Of a DNA stretch of 64,000 nucleotides, positions 1 through 16,124 are shown in pieces; position 1 is the stretch's first letter, and each line of letters begins with the position of its first letter. The notes beneath the pieces were generated by a model. It saw only the letters and a program-made list of their open reading frames with translations. It was not told where the DNA came from and made no database searches. Source of the DNA: the human T2T-CHM13v2.0 reference genome, Homo sapiens. Position numbers and translations under genes: made by a program. The stretch lies in the NCBI RefSeq assembly GCF_009914755.1, contig NC_060938.1. One strand, 5' to 3'.

Positions 1-237
1 AACCATTGCTCTCCATATTATTGGATGTCCCTGGCTTTGTAGAACCTTTCTTTTGTTAATAATAATGGCAAGTCAAGTCTCATGAGTTGTTTATTCCTGG
101 GTCAGCCCTTGGGCATATAGTAGTGCTTTCAGCTTGTTTCTACTGTGTCTGTTTACCCCTCTCAGAACCTCCTTGGACAGGCTCCAACACCACCTCTCTG
201 TGGATCTCTATCACAAATGGCCCTCATGTAGTCTAAG

Positions 238-423
238 TAGAGCTGACAGATACATTCAGGACAAATACTTAAATTTGAAATTTAAATAAGCAAGAAATAA
301 TTATTAGTATAAGTATATCTCAACTATTACACATAATATTTATCACAAATACATTCATTGTTTATCTGAAATTCAAATTTTACTGGGCACCTATATTTTT
401 CTTGGCCAGATTTGGTAATACTC
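238..423. mobile_element. MER53-like palindromic non-autonomous DNA transposon (MITE)
   Basis: Internal inverted symmetry (TTAAATTTGAAATTTAAATAAGCAA ... TTGTTTATCTGAAATTCAAATTTTACTGGGC) and central TTAGTATAAGTAT match the recalled MER53 consensus. Confidence 0.75.
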
Positions 424-1216
424 AGTCCAATATACGTTAACATAATCTTTGCCCTAAGAAGCTGAAAGGATAGTCCTGAAACAGATATCTCTCTATTTGC
501 TTCACCATCAACACTTAACCAAGCAGTCTTTCTGAATTAGAATTCCTAAGCAGGAGTCAGACACCAGAAAAGCTACTGTACTTCTCTTTTGGACTTGAGG
601 TCAAAAGAGAAAGAAGGGAAAGAAAAACAACTATCTTTTCTATTTGGGAATATAGGACTCATAGCACACCTGCAGTATTTTTTTTAATTAACCTTAATAA
701 TTCCAACAGTATAATAACCCTACTCTAACCTTCAATCTACTCTGACCTTTATTTCCTTTGACGTTGGTGAGGGGTTAAAAGACTCATAATGGTCTTTGAA
801 CACCTTTCTTGTAAACGCAGCATCATGGTCTCTCACTTCACTTTGGAATGTTGACCTAGGGATTGGTACTTTAGATAAAACTTCCATTTAGATATCCTAC
901 AACACACACACACAGCTCACAGTTTTACTGTTTTGAAAAATATATGTGTTTTATTTTCTTCTATATTTGAATGATTTCTACAGTGACTACATATTGCTTT
1001 ATTATGTTTAAAATAGTGTCAGAGGTGTTTGAACAAGAGCAACTCCATCTTAAATAGGGGCTGGGTAAAATGAGAATGAGACCTGCTAGGCTGCATTCTC
1101 TGGAGTTTAGGCATTCTTAGACACAGTCTGAGATAGAAGGTCAGCACAAGATACAGGTCACAAAGATTTCGCTGATAATACAGGATGCTGTAAAGAAGCC
1201 CATCAAAACTTGCCAA

Positions 1217-1489
1217 GGCCAGGCGCAGAGGCTCATGTCTGTAATCCCAGCACTTTGGGAGGCCGAGGCGGGCAGATCACCTGAGGTCAGGAGTTCGAGA
1301 CCAGCCTGGCCAAAATGGCAAAACCTCGTCTCTACTAAAAATACAAAAAAGCCTGGCCTGGTGGTACGCACCTGTAGTACCAGCCACTCAGGGAGGCTGA
1401 GGCAGGAGGATCGCTTGAACCCGGGAGGCAGAAGTTGCAGTCAGCCGAGGTGGTGCCACTGCACTCCAGCCTGGGCAACAGAGCGAGAC
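1217..1489 (+). mobile_element. AluS (Sx-like), lacking poly(A) tail and TSD
   Basis: GGCCAGGCGCAGAGGCTCA...GAGCGAGAC followed directly by MER41 sequence. Confidence 0.93.
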
Positions 1490-1587
1490 GGAACACAATG
1501 GTTTACAAATGCCATGGCAACATCCAGAAGTAACCCTATATGCTCTCAATGGAAATGGATCTCTCAGTTCCAGAATTGCCAGCCCTT

Positions 1588-1596
1588 TTCCTGGAA
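1588..1596. promoter_or_regulatory. GAS (STAT-binding) motif TTCCTGGAA within MER41B
   Basis: Perfect TTCnnnGAA. The upstream partner site reads TTCCAGAA (1568-1575, spacer one base short). Motif only; activity unknown. Confidence 0.55.
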
Positions 1597-2285
1597 AACT
1601 CATGAATAATACACCCCTTGTTTCACATATGATCAAGAAATAACCATAAAAATAGCCAACCCATAGCCCTCAGGCTGCTCTGCCTATGCAGTGGCCATTC
1701 TTTTGTATCTTTATTTCTCTAATAAACTTGCTTTCACTTTATGGACTCCCCAAATTCTTCCTTGCATGAGATCCACCAACCCTCTTTTGGGATCTGGATC
1801 CAGCCCCCTTTCTGGTAACAATGTATAAAGTAAATGTAAGTAGTGATTAATTTATGATAAAGTAAAAAAATACAAGTTTCCAATCTTCAAACATGTTTTA
1901 TGCAAATATTTAATGATAAAATGTTCTGTAATGAAGTATCATGAAATCTTCATAGGCCACATAATCCACGAATGGCTATATAATTTCTAAATACATCAAA
2001 TTGTTATGTATTCATGGTGGGATACTGGGTTAGTTTTGTTTTGCAATTTTTTTGTAATTTTTTGAATTATTACATATTGTTTTCACAATCTGAGAAATGC
2101 CAAAATTATTAATGGAATGATGTAGAACTAATTGAAGCTCAAACTAAGAATCCACTAGCATTATAGCTATATATGTCTGACTATGCTAGTTTTCTTTATT
2201 GAACTTAATATTCAACACATTACTTTTCTAAAGGGATGAGAACATGGTCTTGTCTCCACTAATTTTCTATAGAAAAAGATTCTGA

Positions 2286-2580
<295 letters not shown>

Positions 2581-4244
2581 GAAAAAGATTCTGGAAAAGC
2601 CTGAATCTTGGAAACAAATCCATAAATGGGAGTTCATCTTGCCTAGTTTCTTTTTTTCCTTCTCAGGGTCAGTGAGCTTTTGTTTCCCCTAATACAAAAG
2701 TTAATCTCCATTGATTTCAATCTCTAATACCTTACTTCACAAATCCAACCTATACATCACTCTATTGAATTGCAAAAACTTTACCATGGGCAATGAAGTT
2801 AACTGCTTTAAATGACTTTACAGTCATCAAAGTGATTAAAATAAGTTAAAATAGGTAAAGACAGAAGCTTTCGGCTTGTCATAATTTCATGTGGACCAGA
2901 ATAGCCTCACTGTCCCTTGCAAAACAAGAGGTTCCACTTCTAGCCATTTGAATAAGAGATGAGACTATCTATGTTTGGCAATAATTGCCTTTAAAAATGA
3001 AACATATTGCTATTGATAATGAAATATTGACTCAAGTACTGGGCACAGAAAGGAAGATTTTAAAATATCCTAAATTTCACATAATAAATGATCATTGATC
3101 CTATTATCTAAGATGGAGAGATGACCCTGGAAGGTAATTTATTTTCTATAAAATTCTATTCTGAAATCAGGAAATGATATTACAGTTTTGCTTAAAATTT
3201 GTCTCTTGAATCTCCCAAGATTTTCAGTATGGAATTTTACATATACGGCTAATCTAAATTATTTCATTGAACTCAATTCTTCTCTCATTGGCCCATTTAA
3301 TAGAAGACAAAGACAATAATAACTGCTCTATAAAACCCAGATGTAATCATCTTGAATACCTTTTAAAGTGGTCTCCTTCCTGTCTTAGGTAGAAATCAAA
3401 GCAAAACAATTTCTTATAACTATGGAAGTCTGTGGATTGTTCTGGTGATTTCAAAGGCAGAGCAAGGGCAGTATTTTCTGTATATTTAATTTCAGTTGTG
3501 GGAAAAGATTGGAAGGGTTAAGAAGTCTCTGGTCAGAAAGATTCACAAATGGAACAGTAAGACATCCTTTATCACTCACCACTGGAGCACCTGGGCCAGT
3601 CTCTTCCCCATCTAGGTTTGGTGGTTTATTTGCTTGACTGTTTTCTCTAAATAGAGAAAATAGGAATACTTGCCTGCTTCTTCTGACTTTCAAATCTGAA
3701 AAGGTACATGAGGGAACACAGTAAATTATAGAACACTGCATAAGGCGTTATCTTTTTAAATTATACTTTCTAAAAATGACCCCCCCAGTTTCTGTAGTCA
3801 CATATAGTAGGCAAAAACACACTGGATATCCTTCAATAATTGAAGCTGTTTACTCAATATGATTCGAGGAGTCATCAGCAATACTTTTCCAGAAATCACC
3901 ATAATTTTAAAGGCGTTTTACCAATATCTCACAACTACTAGTAGGTATTTATGTTTCCAGTACCCAATTATTTTCTTGGATCAATGGTTAGAGCCTCTGT
4001 GTTTTCCCATAAATGAACATCTATGTAGGAATTGACAGTTGTTTGCAACTTACTAAAATGAAGCTAATGGACCTTTTTCTACATAAATTTTGAAAACGGG
4101 ATCATGGGACTAGCATGAGTGTCCTGCATGTCTGATTACATACATGATGCTTTATATGAGGGATGGCAGGGAGATAGGATAAAGGAGAACCATAAAATAA
4201 GAAAGAAAGCAACATGATCTCCAAAAAGAACCCTGATTTGGTAT

Positions 4245-4432
4245 CATAGACTGGATGTGTAAAGTTAAACAAGTTATTGAATCTCTCTGAATTTTAGTTT
4301 CTCCATTTTTAAAAAAGACATATGAACATATATTTCAAAAAAGGTGAGATCACTAAATAAGATAAGGTTTGTGAAGTGCTTACCTAAAACTAAAATATTT
4401 ACTATAACCTGCAACATAGTACATACTTAAAA
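4245..4432 (+). mobile_element. MIR fragment
   Basis: Core ACAAGTTATTGAATCTCTCTGAATTTTAGTTTCTCCATTTTTAAAA and 3' GTGAAGTGCTTA...ACATAGTA. Confidence 0.55.
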
Positions 4433-5779
4433 ATTTTGGATTCCCTTTCCCCTACCAAAATGGTATGGGTATGTTCACTTAAGATTCATCTCCTACTGAT
4501 GACTTTACTTAAAATTTATCTAGAAGTTTTCATTTATGAGAAATCAGTTTTTTTAAAAAATAAATCATCGGTTTTCATAGCCAAATTTTTCTGTAACTAA
4601 GTTTCATGTACATTAATTAATCTTCTCTATATTTAATGTCTGATAAGTTATATTGACATCACATGGATATTATCTGGAAGATGAATTAGCATTTATAAAA
4701 AGGCTAGAGATTAGAGTTCACATTTTTGGTGGCTCTGAAAACTATTGTGTCATATAGGCCCAAAATATTATTTGTCATCTGTTCAATGTAAAGTGATTCC
4801 CATAGAAAAAAATATATATATGAATTATAGAGTAAGAAAGGCACAGACTCATTGTGCCTCAGGAAGGCAAAGGCTTTCCCTTACATCACTAGACATTGTT
4901 AATCTGGATCATATATACTTGTCAAGTGTTGAAAAGTTCAGGTAATTATCTCGGGTTCTTAACAAGTGCCATTTATTTGTCTTCATTTTATTCTAAGTGG
5001 AGGTCTTTTGATTAGTTTCTCACTGACTCTGCTGGTTCTACTGGCAGATTTTTCCCTGCATATTTTTGGAGCAAAACCAGTTCTGAAAAGGAATATACGA
5101 ATTAAGACTGCATTATTCTCATTTGATGGAATAATCTCAATCTTCTAAGATTTTCCTTCTGGGCATTTGTTTATGGTGCACCCTTGGTTTGCCCAAGAGG
5201 ATTTTTTTAAAATAATTCATTTTCCACAGCTAAACACTTTATAGACACATGATTCCTATATGGCAGAAAATGTGTGGTAACTACAAGATTATGTGAATAA
5301 ATGCTGCTTCCAGTTTGAAATTGCCAATTATGAAAAGAGTCTTAGATGCCTTTCCAAATAAGATAATCGTGCCAAGATATTTTCTGCATGATCTGTATTT
5401 TTCTGAACTTTAAGGAGAAATCTATACAATTTAATCCACCTAAGGAGAAAACACAACCCGATTTTCAATATATATATATACACACACACACAGACACACA
5501 CCACCACCAAAAAACTTGAATAGCCTAACAGTCCAAATGTATAGCTTCTGGATTCAAGGTTCTTTTCTATCTGACCCTAGCTTTCCCTTCTACTAGTAGC
5601 CCTCTGTGGTTCTTGAACCACAATTGCATCCTGCCTGTGACAGACTCGTTTGCTTGCTGTTTCTCCATTGTGAGCGATGAATGAGGTAATGCCAAATTTA
5701 AGTGCTTTCATACCAATAAAACATTATATAGCTTATGAGTTATTATTGTTATTATTTATTGCCCATTTTTTTCACCATC

Positions 5780-6024
5780 TAGGTCAAGTCTGATTTCTTC
5801 CACGAAGCCTTTCCTCACCAGCCGAGGTCACAGAAATCAATCTTTTTTTCTAAAATGCCATCGGAAATGTGATACCTCACTTGTGCCACTTAGAATGACT
5901 CATGGCCCAAAGTAGAGTGCAAGTTCAGCAATAGGAGAGGCCAAGTCACATTTATCTTTGAGTCTCCCACCGTGTCTGTTGCAAGGTCTCGAATAGAGTA
6001 AGATTAATGCATATTTGTTGATGA
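5780..6024 (+). mobile_element. L2 3' end fragment
   Basis: TCTTCCACGAAGCCTTTCCTCACC ... AATAGAGTAAGATTAATGCATATTTGTTGATGA resembles the L2 3' terminus. Confidence 0.5.
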
Positions 6025-8462
6025 CTATGTGCAGTACCCAGATGTCAATTCAGGCCTTTTAATAAACAGGTTACTCATTTAAACAGCTTGTATATTCCAC
6101 GTCAATATAGTCAATTTTTTTTTAACTTCCAGGGAGGTTTCTCATGAAAAACCAATGCAAGAATACCAAGAATTAAACACGTATATTACCTGTTGTTTGA
6201 ATGATATGCTAATATGAATGCAATTTTAAGGGGTTTTTTTTTGTAGCATTACTTCAATATCTGCTCTCGTTTGCCTTACAAATTCTACCTGATACCACAC
6301 AGTTCATAACCTCATGTTTTTCTGCTCAAACAATGTTTTCCAAATATCTGAGTGCGGATTAAATTGATCAGGTAGCAAACTGGCTCAAATAAAAAGAATT
6401 TCTTAGTATCATTTTATTTCAAAAACGTTCCCTCTTTTATGAGTGGGCACTATTTCAAAAAAATCAATCTAGGCCCTTCCAGTCTTGCTGTTATGTTTTC
6501 CTTTTAATCAGGAACTTATGAAACTGGAAACTGTATTTCATATTTGAGCATCCCAGAGGCCTTCTACTCCATATCATATCCCCTCTCCTATTGTCTTTCC
6601 AATCCACTTCCTGCTGTCACTCTCTCCTATTGCCTAGCCAATGCATAATCCCTTTAAAACGCAAATATTGATATGTACAATAATGGAATTTCTTGTATAA
6701 ATAGAATTGTGAGATTTACAGGAAAATGAAAATCTAGTCTTTGGAAAATGCCTTAATAGCAATCTGTGATATATATTTTTTTAAACAAGGTCAATAGGGT
6801 AGATGAAAATAGTCCCATTTATACATAAACACAATAGGTGGATTTTCAGTTATCTCTTTAGATGCAATTCAGTCCTGGCATGGACAAGTACAGACTATAT
6901 CTTTTCATAGCAGATTATAGTGTTACAGAAATATCACTAGATTAAAAGCAAAGGCTTCAAACAATCTTTAAAATTTGCCAAGTAATTTAAGATCTTTTGT
7001 TATGAACGATTTAAAAATTAATACCACAGTTTATCATAGCTTTTTAAATATCAAATGACAATATTTAGTTCACAATTGCCCTAAAGCTTTGGGACTTATT
7101 TTTGATCAACCATTAATTAAAAGCTGCATTTTATGTTATTTATTATTTTAAACAAGCAAACGTATTGGAAAAATAAAGATCAAGATGTCCCCTTTCTCTG
7201 TTATTTGAATGGCTTCAAGATAAGAAATTTCTATCCAGCACCAGTTGCAGAAAAGGCTCTGACACAATAAAAAATGTGCCAGACTGGTTTCTGGACAGAA
7301 AACAGCCTTACTTCCTTTGCCACCTATGGGTTTCTTGCGGTCAATCTTCTTTTTGTGATGTTGTCACTCGAAGTGGCACCAGGACTGTAAATTTTGCTTG
7401 ACATTGTTATGATGGATGGATTACTAAGATGTAAATGATGTAAACATCTCAATAGCATTAAGAAGTCAAACTCATGTTGATTGCAGATGTGTGGTATGTC
7501 TAGACATAGCAAAACAATAAAGAGCTGCAGAGAATAAAATTAATCCTATTCAAGCCCTAATTATAAGAATTATGCATTAAATTGGAATAAATAACCATAC
7601 TTAAACTAAAACTGAATTAAAGTGACAATAGCAAAATCCTGAAATTATTTGGTTGTTATACATTTGATGTTGTTAAAATAGGTCTTAAGGATGAACCATA
7701 AGAATAACAAGGTTAGGTATTTAAATAACCCTCAAACCAAGACATGCATTGCAATATTATTCTCACCACCAAAAATTGTGGTCTGGTCTAGAATTTCCAC
7801 AGAACAACAGTAGTAATTTTACTTCTGTGTCTGATTTCGGCAAAGCATAACTGTTCTAAATCAATCTCTATGAGCCTTCTTTTTAATTCTTAGAATCTTA
7901 GAAAATGATCCTTTCACTTTAATCATTAGATTCCTTTGTACAAATATACTTAGTGTTTAATTCCTATCCAAACCACAGGTGTTGGCCATGCCGTCATTCT
8001 GGTTTCAGCATAAAGTAATGGAATTCACCAATCATATTATTTAGAGTGAAAATTAAATTGTCAGTTATTTAAAATAATTTAAAATTTAAATAAATATAAT
8101 AACTAACTATGATTACGGTAAAATGCCTTCCCCGTACAGTAACACTAGAAAGATGAAATCTTTGTATAAAATAAAATAATTTGAAACCAAAGAAAATGCC
8201 AGCCTACGTTAAGTCATATTTAACAGAAAAAGCACGAGTCCAATCAAACCAGTAGATGCTTGGAGCATGTGGAAATGGCATTGTATTCTTAGGATGCCAA
8301 GAAGAGGCAGCAGCTTTATTTTTTTAAATGTGATCAATACGGAACTGTTAGCTTAGCATTAAACAGGAATTGTTTGGGAAATATAACCTTGATCAAATGC
8401 AACTTCAGACAATTACATAAGGCAAACCAATACTTCGGGACTTTGAGTAGATGCAGGTGTTA

Positions 8463-8680
8463 ATGGTATGGTGGTTAAGAGTATTGTTTTTGGAGCCAGA
8501 CTTCCTGGGTTCAAACCTTGGGTCTCCCACTTAGTAATTCTGTTTCCATAAGTATATAATTGAACTTCTTAGTTCATCGTGTGAAAATCTGAAATGATGT
8601 TAGGGTTCTCGTGAAATTCAAATATGTTAATGCATAGAAAGCACATAGGAATGCCTGGCACAGACTTTGCATTCCATAAG
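8463..8680 (+). mobile_element. MIR
   Basis: GTGGTTAAGAG...TGGAGCCAGACTTCCTGGGTTCAAACC (tRNA-derived boxes) and AATGCCTGGCACAGA 3' end. Confidence 0.8.
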
Positions 8681-8985
8681 TGACTTTGCATTCATTCTTG
8701 CAAGTAGGACTTTTTTTGCCATGATAACATCTGTAACACTTCTTATAGCATCCTCCAGTCTTGAGATTAGACCAAAGTTCCTCATTTCAACCACAGAAGA
8801 CAGAAAATGATTCAAATGACTATTTTTCTAATTCTCCTGAGGATGAAGAATTAAGAATCTTCTGACACATAACTAGTACCATTCTAGCTGCATGGGAGAG
8901 TGGTTATTTCAATACATACAATGGATGCTGTGGTAGGCTAAACAACGTACATCCCCGCTTCTCCAAAAACTGATATCTACATCTT

Positions 8986-9362
8986 GGTTATGGGCTGAAT
9001 TATGTTTCCTCTAAAATTTGTATGTTGAAGACTTAAACCCAGGTACTTCAGAAAGCAACTGTACTGTAGGATCTCTAAAAAGGTAATGAAGTTAAAAAGG
9101 AGGCTATTGAGGTGGGCCCTACTACAACATGACTTCTGTCCTTCTAAGAAATTAGGACACAGATACATACAGGAGGAAGATCATGTGAAGACAGGGCGAA
9201 GACAATCACATGCAAACCAAGGAGAGAGGCCTCAGAAGAAACAATCGTGTTGACATCTTAATCTCAGACTTCTATCTTCCATATTCTGAGAAAGTAGATT
9301 TCAGTTGTGCAAGCCACCCAGTCTGTGGTGCTTTGTCATGGCAGGCCTAGAAAACTACTACA
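8986..9362 (+). mobile_element. MLT1B solo LTR (MaLR); preceded by a ~55-bp 5' fragment of an older MLT1 (8929-8985)
   Basis: GTTATGGGCTGAATTATGT...AAGGAGAGAGGCCTCAGAAGAAAC...AAGCCACCCAGTCTGTGG...AAACTACTACA. Confidence 0.85.
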
Positions 9363-9399
9363 CAGCAACTCAGAGACTTTACTGTGCACATTAATATAT

Positions 9400-11960
9400 T
9401 AGTGTCCCAAAGTAATCAACTTCTTAACTTTGTGAAACTGTAGGATATTTTGCATTTCTTCTGTGTTTTTTTCACTTTATTATAAATGTCCAGAGAGTGA
9501 AAGTGGACATAGTATGCTCGTGAGATTCATCCCTATTTTTATACAATAGGTAGAGCTGCAGTTTATTTGTTTTAACTGCTGAACAGATTTGGTTTAATGA
9601 ATACATCACAATTTATTATTCATTCTACTCTTGACAGATGTTTGCATTTTTTCAAGGCTTGCTGGTATCGGCATTTTTACAAATGACTTTTGGTGAACAT
9701 ACATCCATGTTTTTGTTGAGTATTTACCTAGAATTAAAAGTATTGGGTCATGGAGTATGCATATGTTCAGTTTGGGACAGTACTGTGAAATATTTTTAAA
9801 GTATCTATTTGTACTTCTACCAAAATTGCTTGAGAGTGCTGATTGTCATCAGTGTAGCCTTTATGATGGGTTGGTAATAATAACCTATTTTTGAATTAAC
9901 TTGAAGTAATTAATGATGTAACATTTTATTAATAATGCAAACCAGTTTTATTAATTTTTAGTATAGAGTTTCATGAGTATATTTATCCTCATGACCACCA
10001 TCACAACAAAAACATAGAACATTTTTATAATCCTCCCAAATTTTCCATGCCCATTGTAGTCATCCCACCTATCTTGAGCCACAGGTCCTCCTCCCATTTT
10101 CTGTCACTACAGATGAGCTTTGTGTTTACTAAAGTTCTACATAAAATGCAATCTTGCAGTATATACATCCTTATTCCCCCTCTTTCACCCAGCACATTTC
10201 TGCTATCCATTCCTCTTGTTCTGAATATCTATAGTTCATTCATCTTTGTGGCTGTGTATTCCATCGTAAGCATATACTACAGTGTGTGCTATTTTTTTCA
10301 ATTTTGATGGGCATTTGGATTATTTACAGTTTTAGACCATTACTAGTGATATTTCTTTCAACATTCTTTTACTAATATTTGTGCTACCTATTTTAACTTT
10401 TCAATAGACAAATAGCTGGGAGCGAAATATTTGGGTTGTATGTAGACATTTACGCAGCATTATAACACAATGCCAAACTCTTTTCCAAAGTAGTTGGACT
10501 ATTTCATATGACCAACATCAATATGTCAGAATTAGAGTTGCATCTCATACTTTCTAATACTTGATATAAGTATTTTTAATTTATCAAATATATTTTAGTT
10601 ACAAATAATTTTTTTCAGTTGGTGTTAATCTTTAAATATTATTATAGTCATAAATGACTTAAAAATTAAGCATTTTTACATACTGACATTTATATAATTT
10701 ATGAAATATCTTTTAAAATGTTTTGCCTATTTTCTATGAAGCTATTCTCTAACGATTGAATTCTAAGCATTCTTTGCAGATTCTGGATACAAGACCTTGG
10801 TTAGATAAATGAATTGAAAATATTTTCTTTCAGTTTTTGATTTTGGTGAATTTTAGTTTGTTAATTTTTTCCTTTGAAGAAATATGCATTTTGTGTTTAT
10901 TTAAGAAATCTTTACCTATACCTGAATTATAAGGATGTTTCTTCTGTTAATTTTATAGTTTTAGCTCTTGCTTTTAGATCTGTGATGGATTCACAATTTT
11001 ACATGCATTCATGTGAGGTAAGAAACAAGTTTCCTTTTTTTTTCGTACAGATGTCCAACTATTTCAGTACCATTTATGGAAAATGCTACTTCATCTTCTT
11101 CTAATTTTTTTCACTGTTTCAGATAAGAAATCTTACTCATTCTTATTTGTGTTCTTCTATATTTAATGTATCATATTTTCTCTAGATGTATTTGAGATAT
11201 TCTCTTTAATACCAGTTTTCAGCAATTTGCTCATGATATGCTTTGGTGTGGTTTTCTTTATGTTTAAATCTGCTTGGAACTTTCTGTGCTTCTTGGATTT
11301 ATAGGGTGTGTATGTTTTCTATTTGGAAAACGAATGGCCACTATATTTTCAGATCTTTCTTCTTTTTTCTGTCTCTACCTCTTTTAGAAACTCCTAATCC
11401 ATGTAACTACTTGGAATTGTCCCCCAGGTCACTGAGGCTCTGTTAATTATTTTCTGGTATTTTTTTGTCTGTGTGCTTTTATGATATAAATTTTATTGCT
11501 GTGACCTTAGGTAGTCTGATCTTCCCTTTATTGTCTAATCTGCTATTAAGCCCATCAGTATCTTTTCACATTTTAGATATTTTATTTTTAATCACAAAAT
11601 TTTGTTTTTTTATCTACTTGCAACTTTTCATTATATTTTTGTTATCATTTAAATACTTGAACACATTTATAAGAGCTACTTGAAATTCTATCTGCTAATT
11701 TAATTACCTGTTATTTCTTGCTCTACTTCCGTTAACTCCTTTTTTCTCTGGTTACCAGTCACAATTTCCTGCTCCTCACATATTTAGTAAATTTTGAAAG
11801 AATACTAGACCCCATGAATGTTGCATTGTTGCTTGATGCTGTTTGTTATTTCTTTTTAATTTTAAATTTGTTTTATTTAGAGTCAGAAAGATCAACTAGG
11901 AGAAGTTGATCTTTTCAAGCCAAGGTTGAAAGTTTCATTTTTTAGGGTAGGTCTAGGATA
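9400..11960 (-). mobile_element. Old L1M fragments (nested 3' UTR/ORF2-end pieces plus more 5' L1 sequence)
   Basis: T-rich antisense L1 signatures such as TTGATGGGCATTTGGATTATTTACAGTTT, TGCCAAACTCTTTTCCAAAGTAGTTG, ATTCTGGATACAAGACCTT. Confidence 0.75.
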
Positions 11961-11975
11961 ACTTTTACTCTAGGG

Positions 11976-12183
11976 AAGTGGTTCTTGATTACGGCTGATT
12001 TTGCCCTACAAAGTACATTTGACAATGTCTGGAAATATTGTTGGAAACAACTGAGGAAAGTTACAGGTGCCTCGTGGAAGAAGATGGAGATGATGCTAAA
12101 CATCTTATAGTACACTGAACAAGCCCCACAACAAAATATTTTCTGGGCCAGTATGTCAACAGTGACAAGGCTGAGTAACACTG
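11976..12183 (+). mobile_element. MER20 (hAT-Charlie MITE) inserted in L1
   Basis: AAGTGGTTCTTGA...GATTTTGCCC...ACATTTGACAATGTCTGGA...GATGCTAAACATC...GGCTGAGTAACACTG; imperfect 8-bp TSD CTCTAGGG/CTCCAAGG. Confidence 0.88.
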
Positions 12184-12189
12184 CTCCAA

Positions 12190-15028
<2,839 letters not shown>

Positions 15029-15029
15029 T

Positions 15030-16085
15030 TGGTATGTCAGTATTTGTTGCTTTTACTGTTCATTTTCAACCATTCTAATGAGTGTTTATTAGTATTACAT
15101 TGTGGGTTTGAATTCCATTTCCCAAATGGTTAATAATATTGAGAAAATTGTGTTTGCCATCTATATATATTTTTGGTGATGTGTTTTTCCAAATTGTATG
15201 GCCATTATTTTAATGGGTTGGTTGTTTTTGCATTCTTTAGTTTTGGAATTCCTTTACATATTCTGGATACAATTTTTAAACAGATATATGACTTGAAAAT
15301 ATTTTCTTACAATTTGTGGGTTCTCTTAATTATCTTCTTTTCCATTTTTTAAATGATATCTTTCAAAGAGCAGAGGTTTTATATTTTGATGAATTGAAAT
15401 TCATCATTTTTTGGTGTATGTAAATCATAATCTTAGTATTCTACCTAAGAAATATACACCTCATCTAATATTGTAAGGATTTTTTTCCTAGGTTATCTTT
15501 TAAAATGTTTATGGTTTTTGTTCTCATATTTGGATTTATCATCCATTTTGGGTTAATTTTGTATATAGGACTATATCATGCTGTCTTATACACTGTTACA
15601 GGATACTAAGTCTTAAAATTAGATATAATGAGTTCTGGTCTTCTTTTTCATAATCATTCTTACTATTTCAGTTTATTGCCTTTCCATACAAAACTTAAAA
15701 TTAGCTAGTATACTAATATGAAAATTTTGGCTGAGGTTTGATTGGGACTGCATTAAATCTATAGGTTAGTTTGGGAAGAATTCTCAACCTAACAATATGG
15801 AGGTATCCAATTCAGGAACACAGTATATCTCTCCATTTACTTAGTATTTATTTTGATTACTTTCATCAATGCTGAATAGTTTTCGTCATCAAAATCCTGC
15901 ATACATTTTGTTAGATTTCATGTAAATATTTCATGTTTTTGTAGAGATATTATAAGTGCTACTTTTTGAAAAGAAATGGACTTTCAACCATTCATTGCTA
16001 ACATAGAGATGTACAATTAATTTTTTTGAATAATTAACTTGTTTCTTGTGATCAGGAAAATAACTTACTAGTTCTAGTATTTTTT

Positions 16086-16124
<39 letters not shown>

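Larger units (their letters stand above)
1017..1820 (+). mobile_element. MER41B solo LTR (ERV1), interrupted by an Alu
   Basis: Starts TGTCAGAGGTGTTTGAACAAGAGCAACTCCATCTT, ends GGATCTGGATCCAGCCCCCTTTCTGGTAACA. Contains the GAS-bearing segment typical of MER41B and AATAAA at 1721-1726. Confidence 0.9.

Noticed and set aside
3495-3562. Possible + strand exon (TTTCAG|TTGTGG...GAACA|GTAAGA)
   Set aside because: Weak donor, 61 nt, no recognisable peptide or partner exons
7300-7530. Possible minus-strand exon or 62-aa ORF
   Set aside because: No homology recognised and splice signals are ambiguous
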